Positions 40,739-53,075 of a stretch of DNA of 64,000 nucleotides are shown in pieces. The notes below the pieces were generated by a model. It saw nothing but the letters and a program-made list of their open reading frames with translations. It had not been told where the DNA came from and ran no database searches. The number at the start of each line of letters is the position of its first letter. The stretch's first letter is position 1. The position numbers and the translations under genes are program-made. This DNA is from Octopus vulgaris (Eukaryota). The DNA is taken from positions 62,000,001 to 62,064,000 of the forward strand of contig OX597821.1 of the NCBI GenBank assembly GCA_951406725.2. Direction: 5' to 3'.

Positions 40739-42684
40739 ATCCTAAAATAATTAATTTATCAAAAAGAGATCTTGACAATGATGAAATCCAACTTCTGTCA
40801 AAAGGACTGAAATTCACACCTACACCAACAGCCAACCACCAAGAATTAAAGGAGGATATCCAAAAATTCTGTCGAAAATTACGACTTGTAGAATTCTTCG
40901 CTAACAAAAGTAATGAGATTGATGAATCCCTAGTAAGGAATAAATCAAATTTCACCCCACCAAAAGGAAGAAATAACTACCTTGACCAATACATTGATAT
41001 CCTGTCTAAATTTCCCCTTAGACGCAATACCAATGTTAGGCCAAACATTAGCAAATCAGAGATGTCTGCATGTAAACGTATACAAAACGATCAAACAATA
41101 ATAATTAAACAAGCAGATAAAGGTGGTGCAATTGTTATTATGGATACCGAATACTATAAGGATTTGGTTGAAGACCAACTGAAGGATACAACCTTCTATT
41201 GTGAAATACCCGCAAATATAGACCACCACATCATGAAAAAGATCAACAACCTGATTTCAACACACCACAACTCACTTACGGATAATGAAAAAGACTACAT
41301 CACCAATTTTGAACCAAAACCCAGCAACTTCTACGGCTTACCAAAAATACACAAATCAAAAAACATTCAACAGGCAGTAAAAGAACAAGAAAGTGAGTAC
41401 ATAAAATTATTACATCCAAAAGACCTAAAACTTAGACCTATTATAGCTGGTCCAGCATGCCCTACACACCGTCTAAGCAATTTTATTGACATTGTTTTGA
41501 AACCACTATGTACTTACATACCAAGTTTCATCAGGGATGACATCGACTTCCTGTCCCATCTTCCCAAAACAACAGAAACAAATTCAGTTTTACTAAGTTT
41601 TGATGTGGTAAGCCTCTACACCAATATTCCACACGATTTAGGAATAAAGGCGATTAAATACTGGTTAGAAAAACATAGAGAAGTGATTCCCAGCAGATTC
41701 ACAGTGCCATTTATATTAGACACAGTCAAACTTATTCTAGAAAATAACACATTCTTCTTCAATGGAAAGAATTACATCCAAATTAGAGGCACGGCGATGG
41801 GAACGAGGTTTGCTCCCGTTTACGCCAACTCTGTAATGGGATACTTAGAAGAACAACTCTACCAAGAGGTGGAGGTAAACTATGGCACTGGATTTAGAAA
41901 GTATATTGAAAAGGCATGGAAGAGATACCTAGACGACTGTTTCATAATCTGGACAGGATCTCTAAATACTCTGGAAGAGTTCAATATCCTCCTGAACAAC
42001 CTACACCCATCTCTCAAATTTACAAAGGAGATGAGTAGTACCAAATTACCATTCCTGGATATAATGGTAATTAAAAAAGACACCACCATCACCACAGATA
42101 TATACTATAAACACACAGACACACATCAATACCTAAATTTTAAGTCGTGCCATCCACCACATACAAAACGTAACATCCCATACTGCCTAGCCAGAAGAAT
42201 TTGTACTATTGTAGAAGATGCAAATATCAGGAACAAACGCCTAATAGAACTAAGAGAATTTTTGCTCAAACAAAAATACCCATCTCTACTTATAGAAAAT
42301 GGCATACAGCGGGCTATAAAAATACCTATACAACAACTTAGGACAACCCAAGGAAGAGGAAAACAAGAACAAGTCATACCATTCATAGTGACACACAACC
42401 CATGTCACCAGAATATCTTCAACATTGCCAAAGCAAACCTACCAATCATTGCCCAAAGTAATGAATTAAAAGACATAATCAAGGATCGAGCTATGGTGCT
42501 TAGTAAAAGACAGCCTAAGAACTTGAAAACATTACTAACAAAGGCAAAATTTGACCTCAGCAACAAAGACCAAACATTCACGGTATCTAAATGCAATGAT
42601 AGCCGATGTAGCACATGCCAATTCATACATACCGGTCAATATATAAACACAAAAACCGGAAAATATTCACAAACGCGAATATGA
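40645..42684 (+). CDS. Penelope-type reverse transcriptase with thumb and Neptune zinc linker
   Basis: Frame open from 40645 without an ATG until 41062; IINLSKRDLDNDEIQLLSKGLKFTPTP, KQADKGG, YGLPKIHK, RPII, SFDVVSLYTNIP, GTAMGT, RYLDD, LPFLD, KCNDSRCSTC (CX4CX2C). Confidence 0.95.
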   Translation, partial: PEKNPFFYVRTTNTGERKNPRGNIPQTTERIDPKIINLSKRDLDNDEIQLLSKGLKFTPTPTANHQELKEDIQKFCRKLRLVEFFANKSNEIDESLVRNKSNFTPPKGRNNYLDQYIDILSKFPLRRNTNVRPNISKSEMSACKRIQNDQTIIIKQADKGGAIVIMDTEYYKDLVEDQLKDTTFYCEIPANIDHHIMKKINNLISTHHNSLTDNEKDYITNFEPKPSNFYGLPKIHKSKNIQQAVKEQESEYIKLLHPKDLKLRPIIAGPACPTHRLSNFIDIVLKPLCTYIPSFIRDDIDFLSHLPKTTETNSVLLSFDVVSLYTNIPHDLGIKAIKYWLEKHREVIPSRFTVPFILDTVKLILENNTFFFNGKNYIQIRGTAMGTRFAPVYANSVMGYLEEQLYQEVEVNYGTGFRKYIEKAWKRYLDDCFIIWTGSLNTLEEFNILLNNLHPSLKFTKEMSSTKLPFLDIMVIKKDTTITTDIYYKHTDTHQYLNFKSCHPPHTKRNIPYCLARRICTIVEDANIRNKRLIELREFLLKQKYPSLLIENGIQRAIKIPIQQLRTTQGRGKQEQVIPFIVTHNPCHQNIFNIAKANLPIIAQSNELKDIIKDRAMVLSKRQPKNLKTLLTKAKFDLSNKDQTFTVSKCNDSRCSTCQFIHTGQYINTKTGKYSQTRI

Positions 42685-42971
42685 ACTGCAAAAGCAGAAA
42701 TTTAATTTACTGCATCAAATGCCCAAATTATGAAGAAATATATGTAGGTCAGACGGGAAACGCACTATTAGAACGCTCACGTGTACACCGGCAACAGATT
42801 AGAGACCCAGAGGTCCGTCAGATACCTTTGAGTAACCACCTAGCAACATGTGGTCGGAAAATATATATAATATTTCCATTCTACAAATTACACAGCCCAA
42901 GTGAAATCGAGAGGAAAATCAGAGAAAAGAATTTTATTGATAAATTCGAACCCAAGCTAAATAAGCAATAA
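42660..42971 (+). CDS. GIY-YIG endonuclease domain, separated from the RT by a 1-bp frameshift near 42660
   Basis: NCKSRNLIYCIKCPNYEEIYVGQT..RSRVH..NHLATC..REKNFI..PKLN; restoring one A in GGAAAATATTC joins it to the RT frame. Confidence 0.9.
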   Translation, partial: KIFTNANMNCKSRNLIYCIKCPNYEEIYVGQTGNALLERSRVHRQQIRDPEVRQIPLSNHLATCGRKIYIIFPFYKLHSPSEIERKIREKNFIDKFEPKLNKQ

Positions 42972-43288
42972 TAATAATACTTAGAGGTATTACTTCCACT
43001 GCTACGACCATGACCACTAACAACAACAACAATACTAAAGGTGATCAAGACGAAGATAGCAGGAAAATTATCTTATTTAGGGTTAAAAGTTCTATTGCCA
43101 CCACCATCACCACTAGCAACAATAATTAAGGTGCTGACAATGATGATGATGACAATTGAAATATAAAAATATAAAAATCTCTGACAAAGGATATTTACAA
43201 CATTTCTAAAAATAACCCAACAATTGCTGCTTCGGCCAGGGTCAAGATACAGGACTCTTGACCTGTCCAACAAAGCGTGATGCCTAAA

Positions 43289-43427
43289 CCAATCAGCTCA
43301 ACCAACCAATCAGCTAAGTAATTGAGTGATACTACACACTGATTGGTCAGAATACAGTTTAAAACCTAGCACTCTGGAGCCTACCCAGCTGTATTTATAG
43401 CACAGAATCACTCATCTTGCTACAGTC
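43289..43427 (+). promoter_or_regulatory. Candidate Pol II promoter in the pLTR (three CCAAT boxes, TATA-like box, Inr-like site)
   Basis: CCAAT at 43289 and 43306, ATTGG at 43342, TATTTATA at 43392, TACAGTC about 30 nt downstream; mirrored in the left arm. Confidence 0.5.
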
Positions 43428-43462
43428 AAAAATTGTGAAGCATGACTGTCAACACTACTACA

Positions 43463-43507
43463 TGAACCCGAAGATTGCAGAATTCAATGCATGAAAGTAC
43501 TAGTTCA
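43463..43507 (+). ncRNA. Minimal type-I hammerhead ribozyme motif (CCGAAGA core variant), right arm
   Basis: TGAAC-CCGAAGA-T-TGCA-GAATTCAA-TGCA-T-GAAA-GTAC-TA-GTTCA; stem I TGAAC/GTTCA, palindromic AGTACT stem III. Confidence 0.65.
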
Positions 43508-43636
43508 ATCAGAATGAATATTTAACATTCTACTATTTCATTTTATTTTATTCAATTATAATATATTATCATATAATATATCATTATAAGATTGTAAATA
43601 AAACGTGAAAATCAGACAAGGTTGGAATTCTTTTTA

Positions 43637-43691
<55 letters not shown>

Positions 43692-43973
43692 TATATTGAT
43701 TTTCATTTTATATGCATTTTCAGCAATACTTTGTGACGTCTATATTAAAATATCATCTAAAGGATTATGCCAAATTGGTAGTTTGTCAATATAATTAGAA
43801 CTCCTTAGAATATCTACACATTATTCTCATTTTTCAATTAACAAAATGAAAACAATCATCAGATTACAATAATATATTAAATTATACTTTGTTATACCAC
43901 TTTTCCCAAAATATTCCGTGCTGTTTTCAGTTTGGGATGAGATCTATAAAGGTGGGTGCTAGAAGGAATATAT

Positions 43974-44041
<68 letters not shown>

Positions 44042-44129
44042 ACAATTGAGGGTAAAATTAATTAATTAATCAATTTCACCAAGTGTTCAGTATGTAAAGG
44101 ACCATTTAAGGCGAATACTAAGCCCTAAT

Positions 44130-44231
<102 letters not shown>

Positions 44232-45573
44232 TAGCACAGACAGAGAGGTCAGATACCGAAGAGCACATTTTAGAGCGTCTGGGAAGTTATGGCAATGCTC
44301 GTATATAATTTCTGGAATATATTTCAAATTGTATCGTAATGTAAATTATGTAGTTTGTTTTGTAGTAGATTGTTTTTATTATACCGGTCAAAAATAATAT
44401 GTACTCACACACATGCATGTGCATATATATATATATAGACACATATGTTGCTACATTAGAAACATCTATTAATGAATTACTTCAACTTTCTTCTAAGGGA
44501 GATTATTTTTGTACTGAAACAACTCATATTGTTTTAGATTTACATCACAAGGTCAAGAAATGGAGAGATTCCATTAACTATACAAAACATTCAAGAACTA
44601 AAAGTGAATGATGGAATGTTTATGCCTGATAGCGGCCTGTTTTCGTAGAGTTTTATTAGTAATCACTAAAGTGGGAGAGAACAATCGAAATACGAAAGAA
44701 AGAAACATGTAGAAAGTAGATAGAATATCAATATAGCAAGGCATATATAGAAGCACACAAGCACGCACACATAGACATGCACACACGCACACAGGCACAT
44801 ATGCACACATGTAAATACATGTGTGCGCAACTGTAAATATGTCTGAATCAACACGTTCGTACAGATAGACGCACACACACTGACGTGCACGAGTATGCCT
44901 GTGTGTGTATGTGTGTAGATGCACACACATTCACACACACACACACACTCATACACGGTAATTAATTTCTATAAAAATATTTCCAGTTAAAGAAACGCAA
45001 TGCTAAGTAAGTTGCACATGAATTTTCTTATAAAACCTGTTCTTCAATTAAAAGCTGATTCTAAGAACAAGTCATTGCAATACATTTTAGTCATTTCAAA
45101 CAATGACACAACGACATAAGTAAATTAAGCAACATATTTCCAAGAAACCGTAAATTGTATGCAATGGCTGTCAGCTCGAAGACATATATGACCATAGCTC
45201 ATAAATTATCCGAATATTGATGTAAAATTAATGACTGTCAGAAATTGTCCTTCCTGAAATTGGAAGTGAAGAAAATCTTGTTTAACGCCGTTGACCCTCA
45301 CCTCCGAAGCGATGTACTCAAGAAAGAAGCAAAAACAAGATTCCCAGCTACATAGTTAGGTGGGGGATATTTCAGAATGTCTTTGTAGAGAGAGGTCTAA
45401 AGAATGACTAAGGTTGCCTCATTCTTAGCTGTTGGATGGCTGTTGACCCTACTCAGCGCATCCAAATCCTGTTAGTGTTTCTTTAAATCCTACAGGATAG
45501 CCTATGAAAATCAGCTTTCTTATCTTGGTATGGCGTCCGGTTTTGTCGCTACCGACCCGTCAGACGATGTATC

Positions 45574-45645
<72 letters not shown>

Positions 45646-46882
45646 TATGTCATTAATAATTTTTTTCAAGATTTCTTGCCAATAGAGAAAGAGCTGGTTT
45701 CTAACCTACATCCAAGGCTCATGCATTTTAACATCAACAACAGACTATTTTTGTATGTATGTATGTATGTGAATACACTCATAAACATCACGCAGATACA
45801 TTTGTTCATATTAATTCCAATTTTGATCACATTTTGTTATGTCGAATTTGAATTCTCAAACACATTTCAAGTTTTCCTCCCTAGCTAATATCTGTCCATC
45901 CCGCACCTTCTCTAGTATATCAATGAATGACAGCATCCCATAATTTCGAAGCGTGTTTAAATCAGCTGATGCTTGATACGTTTTGCTGGAAGTTGATATT
46001 AAAATGCTACGTAACCATCCTAGCAAGTACAAACGTATAATTAAGGTCAAATAGAAAATGACTTCGTAGTTTACTATGACAAAACTCTTCATAAATTTAC
46101 GTAATTTATTGCTTAACTGCAGTTTCACTATCGCGTCGGAGTTGATAAATTGTCATTTTATAGATTTAAAAAGAGACCGAAAAGAAAGGTCATGCCCATT
46201 TGGAGTTGAATCTATTTGTATTATCGGTTTTCTAATGAGAGAACTGTGCCCTGGTGCCTTATGTTTGGCTCTGTTTAAGAACAGAAGTGGATGCCAATAT
46301 AAAGATTTCATCTGATATTACGGATCTTTTCTCTTACATGTTTGATTGCTTTCTGGCATCTCTGAATTAACAAAAGTAATCAATACTCAGTTTTCCCTCT
46401 GACAGCGGACAGTAATTAAATGAATGGCTTCAAAACAGCTTTTCCACAACGTGTGAAGATTAGGTAGACGCACATATGCTCTTTACCGTTGAAACAGGCA
46501 CTTGCGAGGCTGTCATCAAAGAGAATTCAATCTAAATCATATTACACGATAGGGAAAGTGGTATATGTGATAATTGAGCCTGTCAAATGGCGGCTAGTAA
46601 TTTTGTTAAACAGATGATTAACCTCAGTTAATCTTTTGAGATCCATAATATATGAGTTCAATATGAAATAGCAAATAAATTTAGAAAGAGAAAATTTCTC
46701 GCTAGCAATTAAATAGCATGCCACCGAGTTTCAGAATCCTACAATGCCGGTTGGATTACTTAATTCTTCAAAATGCCTACTGGCGTACTTTTCTGTGATA
46801 ATGTTTTGCTGACAAATATATAGAACATGACAAATATATGAGCCAATGTTTTATAACCTCAATGAGAGATTGAGTAGTATAC

Positions 46883-47067
46883 TAAACAGTAAAGTCAGTC
46901 GCTACATCAAACTGTCAGTTTAATGTTGCTACTAGCTTAACCCTATACAGATTCTCCGCGAGTAGAACGTTACATCGATAACTAGTAGGTGGAGAAACTG
47001 TCTGGGTTAAACTAATAGTAAACATTCAGCTGCCTCTTTGATATGGCGGCTGGTTTTACTGTTTTAG
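46883..47067. mobile_element. Foldback/MITE-like element with ~75-bp imperfect inverted arms
   Basis: TAAACAGTAAAGTCAGTCGC..TTAACCCTATACAGATTCTCC pairs with GGAGAAACTGTCTGGGTTAA..GGCGGCTGGTTTTACTGTTTTA. Confidence 0.65.
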
Positions 47068-47544
47068 ATGTGTGAAATCTTTAGCTATCTCTTGGCTACA
47101 TTAAATATCATATTTCTATAGTTGTAGCATTTGTGAAAATATAAATGTTCCAAGTTATCAATCAAATCGATATTGCTTCATTAGAGCTTTATATCTCTGA
47201 CTACATACGAATAAACATTTAGGTTGTGATAAAAGTGGTGGGTCTCGACATTATATTCGTTCATAAATTGTCATTTCTGGTTTCACCACGTTATTGTATC
47301 GCTTTCCAAACGGAAAACTTTCTTGCTTGTTTCAAATATGACAAACAGCCAACCTACGACATATCAACCTGTACGAAGTATACAGTTTGGACGAACATTT
47401 CCACGCTATTTCGAAAACTGTGATACCCTTTATTAAGATACCCTTGATTTTAATTTTGATAATAATTTATACCTATAAAGTTTTTATTCCCACGCTAGCC
47501 ACTTGATATGATCGGTATATTAAATAACCATCTTATCCTTATTT

Positions 47545-47706
<162 letters not shown>

Positions 47707-47799
47707 CAGTAGTATACTACTGCCACACACATAGACAAGTTTGATGAAAATGATGCCGAAGTTCAAAGACTATTGGTTCTAAAGCGCCATGCACACAAT

Positions 47800-49883
47800 G
47801 TATTACTGCAGAGAGGACTTGAGTTGTGCAGCGAAATCTAGCTCTTGCCTACTACAGCAGTGTAAAATCACTACTGCAACGATCTGTCAGGAAAATGAAG
47901 ATCACTTGATGGGAGGATCTTGCTCGTGATGTTCAGGCTGCTGCTGATGCAATTGACAGCAACAAGCTTTACCATCTCATGAAGCAAGTTTATGAACCTA
48001 AGAGCTCTACATCACCCCCTTTGTTCTCCAAGAAGTCTTCTACTCTATTTACTAAATCAACAGAAATCACAAGTCAATGGATTGAACACTTCTCTCAATT
48101 CCTGAACCATGAGTCAGTTGTGAATGAAACAGTGACTGATACTATGAAATAAAGACTTATCATTGGCTCCTGAAATCCCACGTCCTCAATAGATGAGGAC
48201 GCAGCAATAATTAAATTGAATGTTAGTGGGGCACCTGGAAAGGATGGGAATTTTGCTGAAGTCTTGCGATTTGATGGTGATTACATCATAAAATTCCTTC
48301 ATAAACTTATTAGCGTAGCCTGGAGAGATGGTGCAATGCCTAAGGACTAGAAGGATTCAATTATTCTTCCTCTCTATAAAGGAAAAGGAACCAGAATAAT
48401 ATGTGGTAACTACAGAGGTATTGCTCTACAACCAGCTGTTGTCAAGGTTCTGGCAAATATTCTTCTTATCTGCCTCAATGGTTGTGTCGGAAATGATGTA
48501 ATGATGTTCTATCCGAAACTGAATGCGGCTTCCGATCTGGTAGAGGGATAATGGATATGATTTGCGCAGCAAGACAGATGCAGGCGAAGTGCTATGAGCA
48601 GAATATGGATCTTGTCCAGGTATTCATTGATTTAATCAAAGCCATTGATACTATGAATAGGGCTTTGCTATGGAAAATACTTGGCAAACCTGGATGTTTG
48701 GATCCCTTTGTATCTATACTTAAATCATTTCATGATGGAATGGAGGCTTGAGTCAATGTTGGTGTGGCATGGCGGGACCCATTCCTGTAGAGAATGGTGT
48801 CAAGCAGGGTGACATCCTTGTTCCAACTCTCTTTTCTTTGTACTTTGCTGTTGCTTTACCCATGGTTTTACTAAGGTTAGCTCTCTGGAAATAGGTGTTA
48901 GATATTGATCTTCTGGCCGCCTTTTAATCTGCGTCGATTTGCTACCAATTCAACAGTTTTACACTCATACAGTGGATGTTATGCAAATACTTATGAATCG
49001 TATTTCTGCTTCTTGCAAGGCATTCGGACTCAGCATTAGCCTGGACTTCCTGGACAAGACTGTTGTAATGATCTATCCTGACCAGGAAGTCCATATGTGG
49101 AACAATACTGAAAGCGGTAGACAAATTTGTCTACCTGGGCAGCACACCCGGCCATTCTTGCTTCCGGGATGATGCAATAGCTTTCAAGCAGCAGAGAGCA
49201 ACTGATTCCGTACAGTCTCTTCAGTCTCGTCTCTGTTCCCAGCTTGGCATCACAAGGCAAACAGAAATTGCTGTGCACCGTGCATGTGTACTGACATCGT
49301 TCCTTTACACGGGCCATTTACAAATGTCATGTAAGGGCCCTTGAACGCTTTCATCAGAGGTGTCTGAGACACATTCTGAATGTAGGCTGAACCTTAAAAA
49401 CTCCAGACACGCACATTATTGATGCGATGGTGCACAAGCACCCGTTACGTTGTACTTGATACCTTATTAGAATGAAAGATAGCAGGATCCCTACTCAAAT
49501 ACATTATGGAGAACTTCTTAGTGGAAAGAGACTCCAACAGAAACCAAGGCTGCGGTTAAGGACTAAGTGAAGTCCTCATTAAAGGTGTGTGATATGCAGA
49601 AGACTGACTGGGAAACCTGTTCCTATCATTGGCACAGATGGAGAAAGAAGGTAAAGGAAGGGGTCGACACATTTGAGAGGGCAGATATTCTGCATGAAGA
49701 ATTTTAGCGTGCTACTCGAAAGCGCACTGCTCGTGTAGCGAATCGGGAAAGGTTGGTTTGCAATGCTTACAGTCAGGTAAGCTTGTCAAGAGCAGCGCTT
49801 ATTAGACAGCAACGGAGTGTACAATGTTCCTAAAGGTCAGCAATGTAGTTCTTCGGTCACAAGTGGACGGCAATCATCATCAT
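47800..49883 (+). mobile_element. RTE-clade LINE, RT pseudogene with 3' end
   Basis: APGKDG, LYKGKGTRIICGNYRGIAL, DMICAARQMQAKCYEQNMDLVQVFIDL, GVKQGD, VDKFVYLGS, RIPTQILYGEL-like peptides with many stops; ends in (ATC)n tail GCAATCATCATCAT. Confidence 0.9.
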
Positions 49884-49958
49884 ATGTATGTCTGTATCAA
49901 TGTATCAATCTATCTTTCTAGCTAGCTGTCTGTCAGTTTGACTCTCTCTCTCTCTTTC

Positions 49959-50062
<104 letters not shown>

Positions 50063-50214
50063 AAATGGCTGAACTCGGTTTGGTGTGAAGTTGAAGATGT
50101 ACCCAGAGAAGGGAATAATGGGCTATCAACACTGTCGGGATCTAAGCCAAAGACGGAAAATTTCAGGTGTAGGAAATCCCAATATATATTTATATATATA
50201 TATATATATATATA

Positions 50215-50372
50215 TGACTGGCTTTCAGTTTCTGTCTGCTAAATCCGCCCAGATGGCTTTGGTCGGCCCGAGACTATAGTAGAAGACACTTGCCCAATAT
50301 ACCCCACAGGGACACTGAACCCGGAACTATGTGATCAGGAATCAAGCTTCCTACCAAACAACCACGCCTGCA
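50215..50372 (-). mobile_element. SINE family A head fragment
   Basis: GGTCGGCCCGAGACTATAGTAGAAGACACTTGCCCAA..ACTGAACCCGGAAC. Confidence 0.8.
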
Positions 50373-50397
50373 CCGCTCTGGATATCTGTATCCATGC

Positions 50398-50438
<41 letters not shown>

Positions 50439-50439
50439 A

Positions 50440-50470
<31 letters not shown>

Positions 50471-51407
50471 TAAACTTATTTTTTAGCAGATGCACCAATT
50501 GAAATTGGAATCTAACCCTGCAGCTTACATTTGCGTTACGTTCAAAGAAGTCGGTTTAACCCAGAATATGTTTCAACGACATTAGAACCCAAATAAGCGC
50601 CAACCACTTATGCCTATGTTCTCTATATTCTTGATAGAATTGTAACTGCTGTTAAATATATAAAGCATATGGCGTGAGTTAGCTGTCTTTGTATATGGAA
50701 GGTATACAATCATTTAATTTGGATATGAAAGATGTCTTGTGAAAGAATGGCAATTCACTCCATGAATAGCATAAAAAACAAAACGGCAAAGTAGCTGAAC
50801 GTAACAAAATGAAAAGTAAACAAATATTTCGGATATTCATATGTAATTAGTGATTTCGCAAATATGCAGTCATTTTCTTAAGGAGAAATTTAATTAATTT
50901 TGACATATCTAATTAAATCTGACATACGTTGTTTGATATAGGAATTTATAATTAACATTCCGAATTAATGTTCAAGACATATCAACATTTATGTAAATTA
51001 TGCAAATTAGTAGGCAAACAATAGCCTGTATTATTTGAAAGTTCAGAACAGTATAAGGATGAAATGAAAAATTAATAGGAAATTTTCCTATATTTGAGAA
51101 ATGTGCGTTATATATTATAGTTGTGCAACTTTCGAAAAATATTACAGAGCTGAGAGCATTAGGAATTAAATCAATTATATTATATCACAGCATATACCAT
51201 AATCTATTTCAGCACGTAAACACTGCTAGTCTCCGCGTATAAATTATTCTGAGTTATAACCGAGTTAAAGGCAGCATGAGATCAGTAACCTAGGTATCCT
51301 GAATGTGATTCCCCGTTTAGTAACCTCAGGCTGTTTCTCATCTTTTCATTTTCATTGGTTCAGATGCATAGTCAAAAAGCACCTAAATACGTCAAACGGA
51401 AGATATA

Positions 51408-51490
<83 letters not shown>

Positions 51491-51491
51491 T

Positions 51492-51876
51492 ATACTCTTT
51501 TAATTGTTTCAGTCGTTTGACTGTCACCATGCTGGAGCACCGCCTTTAGTCGTGCAAATTGACCCCAGGACTTATTCTTTGTAAGCCTAGTACCTATTCT
51601 ATCGGTCCCTTTTGTCGAACCGCCAAGTTGCGGGGAGGCAAACACGCCAGCATCGGTTGTCAAGCGATGCTGGGGGAGGGCAAACACAGACAGACACACA
51701 CATACACACATATATATATACATATACATATATACGACGGTCTTCTTTCAGTTTCCGTCTACCAAATCCACTGACAAGGCTATGGTCGGACCGAGGCTCT
51801 AGTAGAAGACACTTGACAAGGCGCCACGGTGTGGTTTGTAAGCAAACTACTTAGCACACAGCCACAACTACGCCTT
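51492..51876 (-). mobile_element. SINE family A, near full-length
   Basis: Matches the 20274 copy along its length. Confidence 0.9.
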
Positions 51877-51894
51877 AAATGTATAATTAAAAAA

Positions 51895-53075
51895 ATTAAC
51901 CTTAAAATAGAAACAGACATTTTTTACAAAGCCACAGACGCCAAACAATACCTTCTTTTTAATTCATGCCACCCAAGACACACTAAAACAAACATCCCCT
52001 TCAACCTTGCAAGAAGGATATGCACAATAGTGTCAGAACAAAATACCAGGAACTTTAGACTGCAAGAACTCAAAAACACCCTAATTGACAGACATTACCC
52101 AGCTCAACTCATAGAGGATGGGATCAGACGTGCAACAGAAATCAACATAGAAACTTTAAGAAAAGTTCAACACAACAACACACCTTCCCCGAAAAATACT
52201 ACCTTACATATCTACATACAACCCCAGAAACAAAGAAGCCTTCACCATCATCACCCAGAATTTACCAATACTTCATAAAAACCCAAAATTAAAGGAAATT
52301 CTAAACATACACCAAATCATTAAAAGCTACAAACAGCCTAAATCACTTAAAAGATTCTCACAAAGGCAAAATTGTCCTCTAAAATTACGGATGCAAAAGT
52401 AAAAAAATGTGGTAGATCGAACTGTGCAACATGTCCTAACCTATTGGAAGGATCAGAATTCTTCTTTAAAGAGGGACAGAAATTCAAGATCAAATCTAAC
52501 TTTACTTGTGCCTCTGAAAACATAATTTATGTCATTAAATGCTCGGGCTGCCACCAAGACTACGTGGGTTCCACGGGACTATCACTCAGGCGTAGATGCA
52601 CACTGCATCGACAACAGATTGCATTCCCAGAATATAGAATGATACCTTTTAGTGAGCACAGTGAGAAATGCGCAAAGCAACTACTGCCACAATTTTTAAT
52701 CTTCCCATTTTACCAATGTGCTTTCGGATCATCAACACAAATGAGACTGAACAAGGAAACATTCTTCATTGAAAAGTACAAACCCAGACTCAACCATCCG
52801 AACATACTGACACAGAGAAATGAACAAGGGGAAAGGGAAAAAAAAATTTTAAGCGATTATCTCCCTTACACCGGAAGAAATTACTCACTACCTCCCCTTA
52901 TTTAGAAATCTCCTGAAAATAAATACAACGATAACTCCATGCAATATAAACATAACGTCACAAGAAATTTGAAAAGCTACACGCGAAACCGGTAATTTCT
53001 TTAAAAATTTTAAAATTATGTAATTTTAAGGAAAGGAAAAAAAAATTTCCAATATTCTCCAGACATTTTGACACA
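51895..53075 (+). mobile_element. Neptune-type PLE 3' fragment (thumb, linker, GIY-YIG, 3' UTR), frameshifted
   Basis: TDIFYKATDAKQYLLFNSCHPRHTKTNIPFNLARRICTIV; KCGRSNCATC; NIIYVIKCSGCHQDYVGST; KYKPRLN. Confidence 0.9.
52962..53001 (+). ncRNA. Minimal type-I hammerhead with U3-A8 core covariation
   Basis: AAGAAAT-TTGAAAA-GC-TACAC-GC-GAAA-CCGG-TA-ATTTCTT; 7-bp stem I, palindromic ACCGGT stem III. Confidence 0.6.

Larger units (their letters stand above)
39268..43644 (+). mobile_element. Neptune-type Penelope-like retroelement, 5'-truncated, with ~915-bp inverted terminal arms
   Basis: RT and GIY-YIG coding sequence; 39268-40184 is the near-perfect reverse complement of 42731-43644; (TA)n beyond both ends. 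Confidence 0.93.
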
